Positions 51,185 to 61,247 of a stretch of DNA of 64,000 nucleotides are shown here, piece after piece. This DNA is from an uncultured delta proteobacterium. Its GTDB lineage: Bacteria > Desulfobacterota > Binatia > UBA9968. Numbering within the stretch: the stretch's first letter is position 1; each line of letters starts with the position of its first letter. Where the stretch lies: contig CAVSLC010000010.1 in NCBI GenBank assembly GCA_963728565.1, positions 32,001-96,000 of the forward strand, read 5' to 3'. Under the pieces are notes generated by a model, which searched no databases, had not been told where the DNA came from, and was given only the letters and a program-made list of their open reading frames with translations. The translations under genes were made by a program, and so were the position numbers.

Positions 51185-52156
51185 CTACACTGATAACCGA
51201 AAGGTAAATTCATGTGAGCGATCTTCACTGGTTTTTCCGCGGGTCTGGTCGTTCACGTATCGATATTTCGACAGTGGGAATTTGCGAGAGGGGACGACCG
51301 GCCAGGCAACTACTTCCTGGAGCCGCGCGAAGTGAGCCAACGGTCTTTGTTCCGGTAGCTCGATTCCGGTCGACTGCGTCATCGTGTTCACGTCCAACTT
51401 CACTTCGGCATGTTGGAGAGCCCAGGGGGGATGATGAATCTCGCCAAAAACCACTCGATCCGGATTCAATGCGGTGAACAGGCAGTACCTCTCGGTGAGC
51501 CAATAATCGAGCGTGCCTGGAGTAGCTCGATACATCGGTCCGGCAGGCGCATAATCGGCGCGGAACTCCGCGCGTGCAGAGTTCTTGTGCTTGCGGACGC
51601 TGTCATAACGAATAATGTCCGCGACAGATTCGACTTTCATGCGCGCGTCGTAATAGGGCAAGCCAAGCCACCGCGCCACTCTAACGGCAACCCAACTCGC
51701 CGCATCGAGACTGAAAAACCATACGCCGCTTTTCCCCGCTGTTTTTACATAGGTTCGGACGTTGAGCTCCGCTAATGACAGTGGCAGCGGAACGTAACGG
51801 GGCCTAACGCCACTCATGTGGAACGGAACGATTCCGATCCAGGACCATCCGTCAAAGGTATCGAGCTCGACCGCTTTGGGGATCAGCGGTCTGATGTATT
51901 CAGGTCGAATCGGCCAATGAAGGAACAGCACATCATGCCAGCGCATGAACATCACCCAGGGGGATTTTGGTAGCGGCCAAGGCCGGTGCGAAGATTGGTC
52001 CGTCACCGGCGGCAGGCGCAAACTGCAACTCGAACTCATTGTAGTTGCGCCCGCTGCGAACGCGCCATCAATAACTCCCGTCGATTCACAGCTTGGAAGG
52101 TCATAGGGCTGGTAACGCCACGGCGCGTTGATCGGTGAACATTTACTCGCGCGCAT
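51185..52156 (-). CDS. DUF2071 (YqjF-like) protein (start probably ~52039)
   Basis: HRPWPLP, W.DVLFLHW, ELNVRTYV, GVWFFSLDA, WLTERYCLF, IHHPPW. Confidence 0.88.
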   Translation of the reverse strand: MRASKCSPINAPWRYQPYDLPSCESTGVIDGAFAAGATTMSSSCSLRLPPVTDQSSHRPWPLPKSPWVMFMRWHDVLFLHWPIRPEYIRPLIPKAVELDTFDGWSWIGIVPFHMSGVRPRYVPLPLSLAELNVRTYVKTAGKSGVWFFSLDAASWVAVRVARWLGLPYYDARMKVESVADIIRYDSVRKHKNSARAEFRADYAPAGPMYRATPGTLDYWLTERYCLFTALNPDRVVFGEIHHPPWALQHAEVKLDVNTMTQSTGIELPEQRPLAHFARLQEVVAWPVVPSRKFPLSKYRYVNDQTRGKTSEDRSHEFTFRLSV

Positions 52157-52904
52157 CAGTCGCGCCGGCGCTTGCGCCGATGATCCGATCGGTAATCCAC
52201 TGTAGTAGGAATGATGTAGAAGTTCGCTGCCACGACACGTCGGATAGGCCGTGATCTGCGTCTTTAATCAAACGATGCGTTACCGACCGTGCCCGGGTGA
52301 AAGCGGCCAAGTAATTAGCGATCACCGGATGCGGCACGGTATTGTCCCGCTCGGACTCGACGATCAGCACATCACCGGGAAACGCCGCGCACGCGCGCAG
52401 CGCCCGATTTTCCTCCGGAGCCACGGCCCGCCTGCGGTATGCGCAAAAGTCCGGATCTTCATGAAGCTTGCGCTTGGGCAACTCCCAGCCGGCATCGTTG
52501 TAGAGGGCCGGCGCGCGCAGCGCGACCCAGCGCACCGCTCGCCGAGAGGTCATTATGGCTGCGAGATACGCGCCATAACTGCTGCCGACAACTCCTAGAT
52601 CTGTGGGGTCCAAGCCAGGTTGGCTCGCCAATACATCATAGGCGGCCAAGAGGTCCCTTAGATTGTCTTCACGCGAAACGACCTCTCGTTGTCCATCGCT
52701 ACGCGCGTGACCGCGCAGATCGAAGGTCAAGCAGATAAAACCCAGCTCGGCGACGGCGCGCGCCCGATTGAGGTATTGCTGTTGATTGCCGCCCCAGCCG
52801 TGGACAAACAGCACGGCGGGTCCCGCGCTGACGCCGGCGATCAGCCGGCCCTCGATCCGTTGATCGTCAACCGCGATCTCGATCGGTTCATCATGAATTG
52901 TCAT
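52143..52904 (-). CDS. Alpha/beta hydrolase
   Basis: FVHGWGG, FDLRGH, GSSYG nucleophile elbow, ESERD, ADHGL. Confidence 0.9.
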   Translation of the reverse strand: MTIHDEPIEIAVDDQRIEGRLIAGVSAGPAVLFVHGWGGNQQQYLNRARAVAELGFICLTFDLRGHARSDGQREVVSREDNLRDLLAAYDVLASQPGLDPTDLGVVGSSYGAYLAAIMTSRRAVRWVALRAPALYNDAGWELPKRKLHEDPDFCAYRRRAVAPEENRALRACAAFPGDVLIVESERDNTVPHPVIANYLAAFTRARSVTHRLIKDADHGLSDVSWQRTSTSFLLQWITDRIIGASAGATDARE

Positions 52905-54039
52905 ACGGCTTGACCTGAGAATATTTGGTGATCGGTCCGACCCGATCATCGATTCCACGGAAATACACCACCGCATCCGGCGGCGCTTGGTTATCGCCAT
53001 AGACTTCGACACATGCTGCGCGCACCGCGCATAGGCTCGGGTCTGCGCGAAAAGCTTCAAGGGCGGCAATCTCCGCAGCGCTGGCACCGCCGATGCGCCA
53101 AGATTGTTCGAGTACGCCGCACGAGCGGCGCCCGTCATCTGCGACGACCTGAGCAACATCGTAGTTGCGCCGGGAGGCTAGCCATCCCGCAAAGGCCCGT
53201 GACGCGGCGGCTTCGTAGGTGCGCGCGTTGTTTATCGCCCATCGCGCCTGTGGCGGCAGCTCGAGTCTGAGCAGATCATCGTAGTCGCCGCGCACTACAA
53301 TTAAATCCGAGCCGCCGTAAACTGTGACGTCGCGGTTGTCTCTGGTCAACAACTGCCTGCCATAGTAGGTCGCCAACAGGTCCGCTACAGAAGTCTGGCC
53401 GACGCTGTAGGTTTCAATCCGATCGAAATTTTGTTCGATCACCGCCCCATAAAGGGCGAGTTCCGCTGGATCGATGTTGTCGAGAAGCGCCTCCAGATCC
53501 GCAGCGGACGTGATCACGGTCTGGCCGCGCCCGCCGATGCCACACGCCGGTTTAAAACGGGCGCGGCCGCGCGCCAGCACCCGTGCCGTTGCGAGGCGCA
53601 GGTCAGCAGGTGCGAATGCGGAAAAGCCAAAAAGAACCACACCCTGAACGCTGCGCGCGAACTCATCTGACCAACCTTCGGGAGCGAACGCGTCGCTCGA
53701 CACTAACGGGTGTGTGATGGTTTTGGTTGCAGCGAACGGATACGGAACGACGCCGCCAAACAAGTCATGATGATCGCGAATACCGAGTTTTCGGATTGAC
53801 TCAGATCCTGTGAGAGTGTCACTCGGAACGAAATACAACGGACCGGCGTAGCGGCGCGCCGCGTCGTAATCTCCGGCGAACTCATAATCCTTCAATGCCG
53901 CGAGCTTTGCCGCAATCATCGAGCGTGTGACGCTCTCGTGTTGAGCCGGCGGCTCGCAGGCACGTTCGGTATATTGAACCACTGCGCCTCGCGGGCACGA
54001 CGAACGAGTCCCGATGTCATCTTTTGTGAGAATCGTCAT
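52891..54039 (-). CDS. DUF3182 family protein (ATP-grasp-like)
   Basis: DLFGGVVP..FAATKTITHPL, RFKP..GIGGRGQ, TYSVGQ, YGGSDL, SRRNYDV, VLEQSWRIGGAS. Confidence 0.82.
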   Translation of the reverse strand: MTILTKDDIGTRSSCPRGAVVQYTERACEPPAQHESVTRSMIAAKLAALKDYEFAGDYDAARRYAGPLYFVPSDTLTGSESIRKLGIRDHHDLFGGVVPYPFAATKTITHPLVSSDAFAPEGWSDEFARSVQGVVLFGFSAFAPADLRLATARVLARGRARFKPACGIGGRGQTVITSAADLEALLDNIDPAELALYGAVIEQNFDRIETYSVGQTSVADLLATYYGRQLLTRDNRDVTVYGGSDLIVVRGDYDDLLRLELPPQARWAINNARTYEAAASRAFAGWLASRRNYDVAQVVADDGRRSCGVLEQSWRIGGASAAEIAALEAFRADPSLCAVRAACVEVYGDNQAPPDAVVYFRGIDDRVGPITKYSQVKPYDNS

Positions 54040-54478
54040 TTTTCTTTGCAGCGCTTGTGAATGGTCCGCAGCAATCGCATGCCTCTTCTGCGCCGCAAGC
54101 GCACGCCGGCTAAACTGATCGAGTGTCCTAATGTCGGCGCAAAACGAGGGCCATCACAATACTCACGACGCCGCTTCGAATCACCAGGGCCGTGTCCTTA
54201 AATCGGCACACGCCGCATCGGCGTGATCGATCGCGTAATTGAAACATGATTGGTGGTTAATAGTTTCTCCTTTGGGACGATCGAGTAGAAGATGATCTTG
54301 ATCAAGGATCGCTACGCGTAGCAGCATCATTGTTGTTAGTGCTTCGGCATCATCGCGGTCGCAGACAAATCCCGAACGATTGTATGTACCTTCACCAGCA
54401 GCCCGCTTGCGCGTGAGGCGCACACGTCAGATGATCATTGATTCGCCATGTCCGATGTGTGTGCGCGATGTATCCCAG

Positions 54479-54493
54479 TGGCATATTTGTTGC
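54479..54493 (+). promoter_or_regulatory. sigma54 promoter (TGGCATATTTGTTGC)
   Basis: GG-N10-GC 137 bp upstream of the glycan operon start. Confidence 0.78.
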
Positions 54494-54629
54494 TGCCGCA
54501 CTCCTTCAGCTGACACCAGCGCACGCTGAACAGAACATTATTCAATCACTTTCGAGTTATCAAAAACTTGGTTCTGTCCCGAGAGTAGCCACACCAGGGA
54601 TAAGAATCCGAGAGGAACTGAGTTGTTGA

Positions 54630-55743
54630 ATGGCTAGAATCCTCATCACCGGCGGAGCTGGATTTATTGGATCTCATTTAGCCGACGAGCTTCTGCACCA
54701 TGGTCATGCCGTCAAAGTACTTCGATCTCCTGTGCTCGCAAGTGCATGGCGCGGGAAAGCAAACGCCTGAATATTTGAATTCTGGTGTCGAACTCGTGCT
54801 TGGCGATGTGCGCGACCGCGCTGCGGTTCAGCGGGCGTTGCAGGGAGTTGACGCGGTCTATCATTTTGCCGCGGCGGTCGGCGTCGGCCAGAGCATGTAC
54901 GAGATCGAGCATTATGCCAGTATCAACGATATCGGCACCGCGGTGCTCCTCGAAGCGCTCATCAAACGTCCAGTCGAACGGCTGATCGTCGCGTCGAGTA
55001 TGAGCGTCTACGGCGAAGGACTTTATCGTTCGCGCCGTGGAAATATTCATAGTGCCGTCGAGCGCAGCCCGACGCAGCTGCGTTCCGCTCGTTGGGATCC
55101 GTTGGATGACGAAGGCGCGGCTCTAGAACCGATCCCCACGCCGGAGACCAAGACGCCGGCGCTCAGTTCGGTTTATGCGCTGTCGAAGTATGTTCAGGAA
55201 CGGATGTGCCTGATGATCGGCCGCGCCTACAATATTTCCACCGTCGCCCTGCGTTTTTTCAACGTGTACGGACCACGCCAGGCGCTATCGAACCCGTATA
55301 CCGGTGTTCTGGCAATTTTCGCCTCTCGTTTGCTCAACGGCAAAGCGCCACTGATTTTTGAGGATGGCGAACAACAACGGGACTTCGTCAATGTCAGAGA
55401 TGTGGTGCAGGCCTGCCGATTGTCTCTCGACGCCGCGGCAGCGCCGGACAACGTTTTCAACATCGGCAGCGGTCAGGCCTTTACTATTTCCGAGTTAGCT
55501 GAACGGATGGCCGACGCACTCGGGAAAAATCTCGAGCCGCAAATCACCGGTAAATATCGCATGGGTGACATACGCCACTGTTTTGCCGATATCGCGCTTG
55601 CCAGGTCGATCCTCGGCTACGCACCCCGGGTAGCGCTCGAAGATGGTGTCATGGAGCTTGCCGAGTGGCTCGAAGGGCAGATTGCCAACGATCACGTCGA
55701 TAGCGCCAGCGCCGAACTGGCAGCTCGAGGATTGACTCTGTGA
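54630..55743 (+). CDS. NAD-dependent sugar epimerase/dehydratase (frameshift ~54722)
   Basis: ATG 54630 [16 protein letters not shown] joins the ORF with [20 protein letters not shown]. Confidence 0.9.
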
Positions 55744-57932
55744 AGAAGGCGAGGGCCGGTCGAAACGGAGCGGCAGGCATCAAGGCAGATGTCTGCAAGC
55801 ATCCCAGTTTGCGCGCCCAAATCGCCGAAGCCGACAGTGGCGCCGGCGTCCGGATCGGAGTCGTCGAAAGCTTTCGCATCGGCGATCGCGCCGGGGTGGA
55901 AAACGTTCTTGCCGATCTACACGCATTGAGAGTCGCCGACCTCCGTACCACGATATCGTGGGCCGATTGGGACAGCGCCGAAGGCGCAGCCTGGTACAGC
56001 TGGCTCTTGCCGTATTTAGCTAGGCAAGTGAATGTGATTCCGTGCGTGCTCTACACGCCGTTATCGCAGGCGGTGGCGCCGCGTGTGTCCGCGCCGCCTT
56101 GGGATCCCAAGGCCTACGGCGACTTTATCGACGTGCTGATCACCCGTTTGGGCAGCTGTTTTGAATGGATCGAGCTATGGAACGAGCCCGATCGATTGAG
56201 CGAATGGGATCGCACCCTCGATCCGCACTGGCAAACATTCTGCGCCATGATCGGCGGCGCCGCTTATTGGGCGCAGCGCCGCGGCAAGCGCACATTGCTT
56301 GCCGGGCTCAATGCGTTCGACCCTAACTGGCTCGAATTGATGTTCCGGCGCGGCGTGATGCAGTACATCGATGCCGTCGGCATCCATGGATTTCCGGGCA
56401 CCTCTGAAGCCAATTGGGAGAGTTGGCCGGGGGTGGTTCAGAGCGTGCAGCAGATTTTGACGCAGCACCGTTCCGGCGCTGAAATCTGGATCAGCGCCAC
56501 CGGATATTCCACTTGGCGCCACGACGAGTACGAGCAATTGCGCGCCTTCGCCCGGGCTCTGGAAGCGCCGGTGGAGCGACTTTACTGGCTCGGGGCGCGC
56601 GATCTCGACCCGGAATTTTCCACACGCGATGGCTTTCATGCCGACGATCGGGATTATCATTTCGGGCTGCGCCGCAGCGACGGTAGCGAGAAATTACTGG
56701 CGCGACTGTGGGGTGAGGGCGGACTGGACGCGGTCTGTGAAGCGCTCGAACCGCATTCGGGCGCGCGCCGCAGCGCCGCCAAGCCGACACAACCGGTGGT
56801 CATCACCGGCGGCGCCGGTTTTATCGGCACCAATTTGGCGCATCGCCTGGCGAGCGACGGCGAGCGGGTTTTGGTGTTCGATAACTTGTCACGCCCAGGT
56901 GTTGAGCGCAATTTGAGATGGTTGTTGGAAACCCACGCAAAGCGAGTCCAGGTGGAGTTTGCCGACGTGCGCAATCCTTACGCGCTGCGCCGCGCGGTGC
57001 GTAATGCCAAACAGGTATTTCATTTCGCGGCGCAAGTCGCGGTCACCACCAGCTTGGCCAACCCGCGCCACGATTTTGACGTCAACGCGCTTGGAACACT
57101 CAACTTGCTCGAAGCGTTACGCGGCGCCGATGACCCGGCGCCGCTAATATTTACCTCGACCAATAAAGTCTATGGCGGCCTGGACGATGTCCGACTGAGC
57201 TGTGAAGAAGGCGCTTATCACCCGCTCGATCCGTTTTTGCGCGAGCATGGGATCAACGAATCGCGGCCGCTGGATCTGCACAGCCCTTACGGCTGCTCCA
57301 AGGGAGCCGCCGACGAGTACGTCATCGACTACGCCCGAACCTTCGGACTCCCTGCGGCGGTGTTTCGCATGAGCTGCATCTATGGCCCGCATCAAATGGG
57401 CAACGAAGATCAGGGATGGGTGGCGCACTTCTTAATCTGCGCGCTCGAAGACCGCCCGCTGACGCTCTACGGCGACGGCATGCAGGTGCGTGACGTGCTT
57501 TATATCGACGACTTGGTAGAAGCCTTTTTGGCGGCGCGCTCGCAGATGCGCAACATTTCCGGGCAGGCTTTCAACATGGGCGGCGGGCCGCGGCGCGCGC
57601 TGAGCCTTTTAGAGCTCATCGACATGATCGTCGAGCTTCATGGCGAAAGCCCGGCCTGCGAAAGCAGCGACTGGCGCGCCGGAGACCAGCGTTACTATGT
57701 TTCCGATACCCGCAAGTTTCAGAACGCAACCGGTTGGGCGCCGCGCGTCGATCCCGAAGAAGGCGTGCAGAAACTTTATGAATGGTTGCGCCGCGCCCGC
57801 GGCCTGGAACAAGTTCGCGCTCTCGGCGGCGCCTCCCGCAACGGCTCGTTCAGACGGAAAACTGGAATGAGAAGCGGCCTGGTCGCGCAAGATCGACAAG
57901 AACGAGCGGGCAAGGCCTCGCAGCCCTATTGA
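55740..57932 (+). CDS. Fusion of GH-A clan barrel and CDP-tyvelose-epimerase-like extended SDR
   Basis: N-half ELWNEP, DAVGIHGFP, IWISATG; C-half [36 protein letters not shown]. Confidence 0.85.
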   Translation: MKKARAGRNGAAGIKADVCKHPSLRAQIAEADSGAGVRIGVVESFRIGDRAGVENVLADLHALRVADLRTTISWADWDSAEGAAWYSWLLPYLARQVNVIPCVLYTPLSQAVAPRVSAPPWDPKAYGDFIDVLITRLGSCFEWIELWNEPDRLSEWDRTLDPHWQTFCAMIGGAAYWAQRRGKRTLLAGLNAFDPNWLELMFRRGVMQYIDAVGIHGFPGTSEANWESWPGVVQSVQQILTQHRSGAEIWISATGYSTWRHDEYEQLRAFARALEAPVERLYWLGARDLDPEFSTRDGFHADDRDYHFGLRRSDGSEKLLARLWGEGGLDAVCEALEPHSGARRSAAKPTQPVVITGGAGFIGTNLAHRLASDGERVLVFDNLSRPGVERNLRWLLETHAKRVQVEFADVRNPYALRRAVRNAKQVFHFAAQVAVTTSLANPRHDFDVNALGTLNLLEALRGADDPAPLIFTSTNKVYGGLDDVRLSCEEGAYHPLDPFLREHGINESRPLDLHSPYGCSKGAADEYVIDYARTFGLPAAVFRMSCIYGPHQMGNEDQGWVAHFLICALEDRPLTLYGDGMQVRDVLYIDDLVEAFLAARSQMRNISGQAFNMGGGPRRALSLLELIDMIVELHGESPACESSDWRAGDQRYYVSDTRKFQNATGWAPRVDPEEGVQKLYEWLRRARGLEQVRALGGASRNGSFRRKTGMRSGLVAQDRQERAGKASQPY

Positions 57933-57935
57933 CCC

Positions 57936-58940
57936 ATGACGCTCGACCATTCTAATCGCCGGACCATGCGCGCGGCACGAATCGTCGCGCCGCGGCAGGT
58001 CGAAATCGATGAAATCGCGGTGCCCGAACCGGGTGCCGGCGAAGTGCGGATTCAAGTGGATGGTTGCGGCGTCTGCGGATCGAACTTATCGCTGTGGCGC
58101 GGCCAGCCCTGGTTTCACTACCCGATCGAACCGGGCGCGCCCGGTCACGAGGGATGGGGGCGGGTTGATCAGGTCGGGGAGCAGGTCGATAGCGTCCGGC
58201 CCGGAGAGCGGGTTGCATTCGTATCCAACCGAGCTTACGCCGAGTACGACATCGCCCGCGCCGACAGCCTGGTGCGCGTTCCTGCAAGCACTGAAATATT
58301 CCCGGGCGAGGCATTGGGCTGCGCGATGAATATTTTTCAGCGCTGCGGCATCGAGCCGGAGCAGACGGTCGCGGTTGTCGGGATCGGATTTTTGGGCGCG
58401 CTCCTGATCCAGCTTGCGGTTGCTGCGGGCGCGCAGGTTCTCGCTATTTCGCGCCGCCCGTTCGCGTTGCAGGTGGCGCGCCGCTACGGCGCTGCAGAGG
58501 CGCTGGCTAGTAGCGATTCGACGGCGGTGATTGCGCGGATCATGGAACGGACCGATGGATCGGGCTGCCCGCGTGTCATCGAAGCCGCCGGCCAGCAGGA
58601 GACGCTCGACCTGGCAAGCGAGCTCGTCGGTATTCGCGGCCGGCTGGTGATTGCGGGCTATCATCAGGACGCGCCGCGCCGGGTGAATATGCAGCTTTGG
58701 AACTGGCGCGGCATCGATGTCATCAACGCTCACGAGCGCGATCCGGGCCGCTATGTCGCAGGGATGAAAGCGGCGGCCGAGCGGGTGGCGCAAGGGGCGC
58801 TGAAGACCGAATCTCTCTACACTCACGGTTTTCCACTCGAGAACATCAGCGCCGCATTTGCCGCGCTCGACGAGCGGCCGGAAGGATTTCTAAAAGCATG
58901 GATACAACCGCGCCCCAATCAGGCGAGCGTCCAAGAATGA
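57936..58940 (+). CDS. Zinc-binding (MDR) sugar/polyol dehydrogenase
   Basis: [22 protein letters not shown]. Confidence 0.9.
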   Translation: MTLDHSNRRTMRAARIVAPRQVEIDEIAVPEPGAGEVRIQVDGCGVCGSNLSLWRGQPWFHYPIEPGAPGHEGWGRVDQVGEQVDSVRPGERVAFVSNRAYAEYDIARADSLVRVPASTEIFPGEALGCAMNIFQRCGIEPEQTVAVVGIGFLGALLIQLAVAAGAQVLAISRRPFALQVARRYGAAEALASSDSTAVIARIMERTDGSGCPRVIEAAGQQETLDLASELVGIRGRLVIAGYHQDAPRRVNMQLWNWRGIDVINAHERDPGRYVAGMKAAAERVAQGALKTESLYTHGFPLENISAAFAALDERPEGFLKAWIQPRPNQASVQE

Positions 58941-60061
58941 GCAACAGAAAAGTGAGAGTGGCCGTCATCGGCGTCGGAAACTGCGCCTCGTCCCTGGTTC
59001 AGGGAGTGCAATTTTACAAAAGCGCCGATCCCAATCAATTTGTGCCCGGGCTGATGCACGTGAGCCTGGGCGGCTATCACGTGCGCGATGTCGAATTCAG
59101 CGCCGCGTTCGATATCGATAGCAACAAAGTGGGCAAGGACCTGTCGGAGGCGATTTTCGCCGAACCGAACAACACCTACCGCTTTAGCGATGTGCCGCGC
59201 AGCGGCGTAGAAGTTCGGCGCGGCATGACCCATGACGGTCTCGGCAAATACCTGAGCCAAAAAATCCGCAAGGCGCCGGGCTCGACCAGCGATATCGTCG
59301 GAACGCTGCGTTCCACACGCACTGACGTGGTTGTCTCTTACCTGCCGGTGGGTTCCGAGATGGCGACCAAGTGGTACGTCGAGCAGATCCTCGAAGCCGG
59401 ATGCGCGTTCGTCAATTGCATACCGGTATTCATCGCCTCACAGCCCTATTGGCGCAAGCGCTTTAAAGAACGCGGCCTGCCGATCATCGGCGACGACATC
59501 AAATCGCAACTCGGCGCGACGATTACGCACCGGATGCTGGCGAACCTGTTTCGCGAGCGCGGCGTACGCCTGGACCGAACCTATCAACTGAATTTCGGCG
59601 GCAACACCGACTTCCTCAACATGCTCGAACGCGAGCGGCTGGAATCGAAAAAAATTTCCAAAACCAACGCGGTGACCAGCCAGCTCGATTACCCGATGTC
59701 GAGCGATGATGCGCATGTCGGTCCGAGCGACTACGTGCCGTGGCTGCACGACCGCAAGTGGTGCTACATCCGCTTGGAAGGCACCACCTTCGGCAACGTG
59801 CCGCTCAACTGCGAGGTGAAGCTCGAAGTTTGGGATTCGCCCAATTCTGCGGGCGTCGTGATCGACGCGGTGCGCTGCGCCAAACTGGCCCTCGACCGCG
59901 GTATGGGCGGCGCCGTGATCGGCCCGTCGAGTTACTTTATGAAATCGCCGCCGCAGCAATTTACCGATAATGAAGCGCGCGAGCGCACCGAAGCATTCAT
60001 TCGCAATCATCAATCGACGACCGTCAGAGCAACGCCGCGGCCGGTCAGAAAGCGAGCTTGA
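58937..60061 (+). CDS. ino1: myo-inositol-1(3)-phosphate synthase
   Basis: [58 protein letters not shown]. Confidence 0.95.
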   Translation: MSNRKVRVAVIGVGNCASSLVQGVQFYKSADPNQFVPGLMHVSLGGYHVRDVEFSAAFDIDSNKVGKDLSEAIFAEPNNTYRFSDVPRSGVEVRRGMTHDGLGKYLSQKIRKAPGSTSDIVGTLRSTRTDVVVSYLPVGSEMATKWYVEQILEAGCAFVNCIPVFIASQPYWRKRFKERGLPIIGDDIKSQLGATITHRMLANLFRERGVRLDRTYQLNFGGNTDFLNMLERERLESKKISKTNAVTSQLDYPMSSDDAHVGPSDYVPWLHDRKWCYIRLEGTTFGNVPLNCEVKLEVWDSPNSAGVVIDAVRCAKLALDRGMGGAVIGPSSYFMKSPPQQFTDNEARERTEAFIRNHQSTTVRATPRPVRKRA

Positions 60062-60120
60062 CGACGCCGCATGAGCGAATCCTCAAGCGTGCGATCCGGA
60101 ATACTGGGAATGGCGGAGAC

Positions 60121-61245
60121 ATGAAGCTGGTTATTTTTGGCCTGACGATCAGCTCGTCTTGGGGCAACGGCCATGCTACGGTTTGGCGCGGCTTGTGTCG
60201 GGAGTTGGCGCGCCTGGGGCACCAGGTGATTTTTTTCGAAAAGAACGTTGCCTATTATGCGGCGCACCGCGATTTTCACGACATTCCCGGCGGCAAGCTC
60301 ATTCTTTATGAGACCTGGAGCGAAGCGCTCTCCCACGCCCGGCAGCATCTGGCCGATGCGGAGGTGGCGATCGTCACGTCCTATTGCCCCGACGGGATGG
60401 CCGCTACCGAGGTCGTTGTCAGCTCGCGGCCGTTGAGGGTCTTCTATGATCTCGACACCCCGGTGACTTTGGAACGGATCGCAGCCGGCCATGGCGTCGG
60501 TTACATCGGCGCTTCGGGATTGCGCGATTTTGACATCGTCTTGAGTTTTACCGGCGGGCGCGCGCTGCTGGACCTCCGGAGCCGGCTCGGCGCCAAGCGG
60601 GCGGTGGCGCTTTACGGCAGTGTTGATCCCGCTGTCCATCGACCGGTAATGGCGCGGGAAAGCTACCGCGCCGACTTGTCGTATATCGGCACTTACGCCG
60701 ATGATCGCCAAGCAATGCTCGACGCGCTCTTTCTCGAGCCGGCGCGGCGCCTGCCGGAGCGGCGTTTTTTAATCGCCGGAGCGCAATACCCGCCGGCCTT
60801 CGCTTGGCTGCAAAACCTTTTTTTCGTGCGCCACATCGCGCCGCCGGATCATCCGGCGCTTTACTCGTCATCACGCCTGACTCTCAACGTCACCCGTCGC
60901 GCCATGGCGCAGTCAGGCTATTGCCCGTCCGGGCGACTCTTCGAAGCTGCGGCATGCGGCACGCCCATCGTCACCGACTGTTGGGCCGGTCTGGAAAGCT
61001 TTTTTCAACCGGGCGAAGAGATCCTCGTAGCGACTCAAACTGCCGATGTTATGGCAGCGTTGGAATTGAGCGATGATCAACTGGCGCGCATTGCCGGGCG
61101 CGCGCGGCAACGCGCTATCGAGGAGCATTGCGCCGCCAGAAGGGCGCGGCAACTCGAAGCCATCCTCGATAGCGTTGCGGCTGATGGGCCGGAGCCGCTT
61201 GCGGGCGCAGCAGAAAATTGCCGTGTCCTGCGGGGAGAAGCCTGA
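60121..61245 (+). CDS. CgeB-family glycosyltransferase
   Basis: SSSWGNGHATVWRGL, YDLDTPVT, LNVTR..M..SGYCPSGRLFEAAACG. Confidence 0.88.
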   Translation: MKLVIFGLTISSSWGNGHATVWRGLCRELARLGHQVIFFEKNVAYYAAHRDFHDIPGGKLILYETWSEALSHARQHLADAEVAIVTSYCPDGMAATEVVVSSRPLRVFYDLDTPVTLERIAAGHGVGYIGASGLRDFDIVLSFTGGRALLDLRSRLGAKRAVALYGSVDPAVHRPVMARESYRADLSYIGTYADDRQAMLDALFLEPARRLPERRFLIAGAQYPPAFAWLQNLFFVRHIAPPDHPALYSSSRLTLNVTRRAMAQSGYCPSGRLFEAAACGTPIVTDCWAGLESFFQPGEEILVATQTADVMAALELSDDQLARIAGRARQRAIEEHCAARRARQLEAILDSVAADGPEPLAGAAENCRVLRGEA

Positions 61246-61247
61246 GA

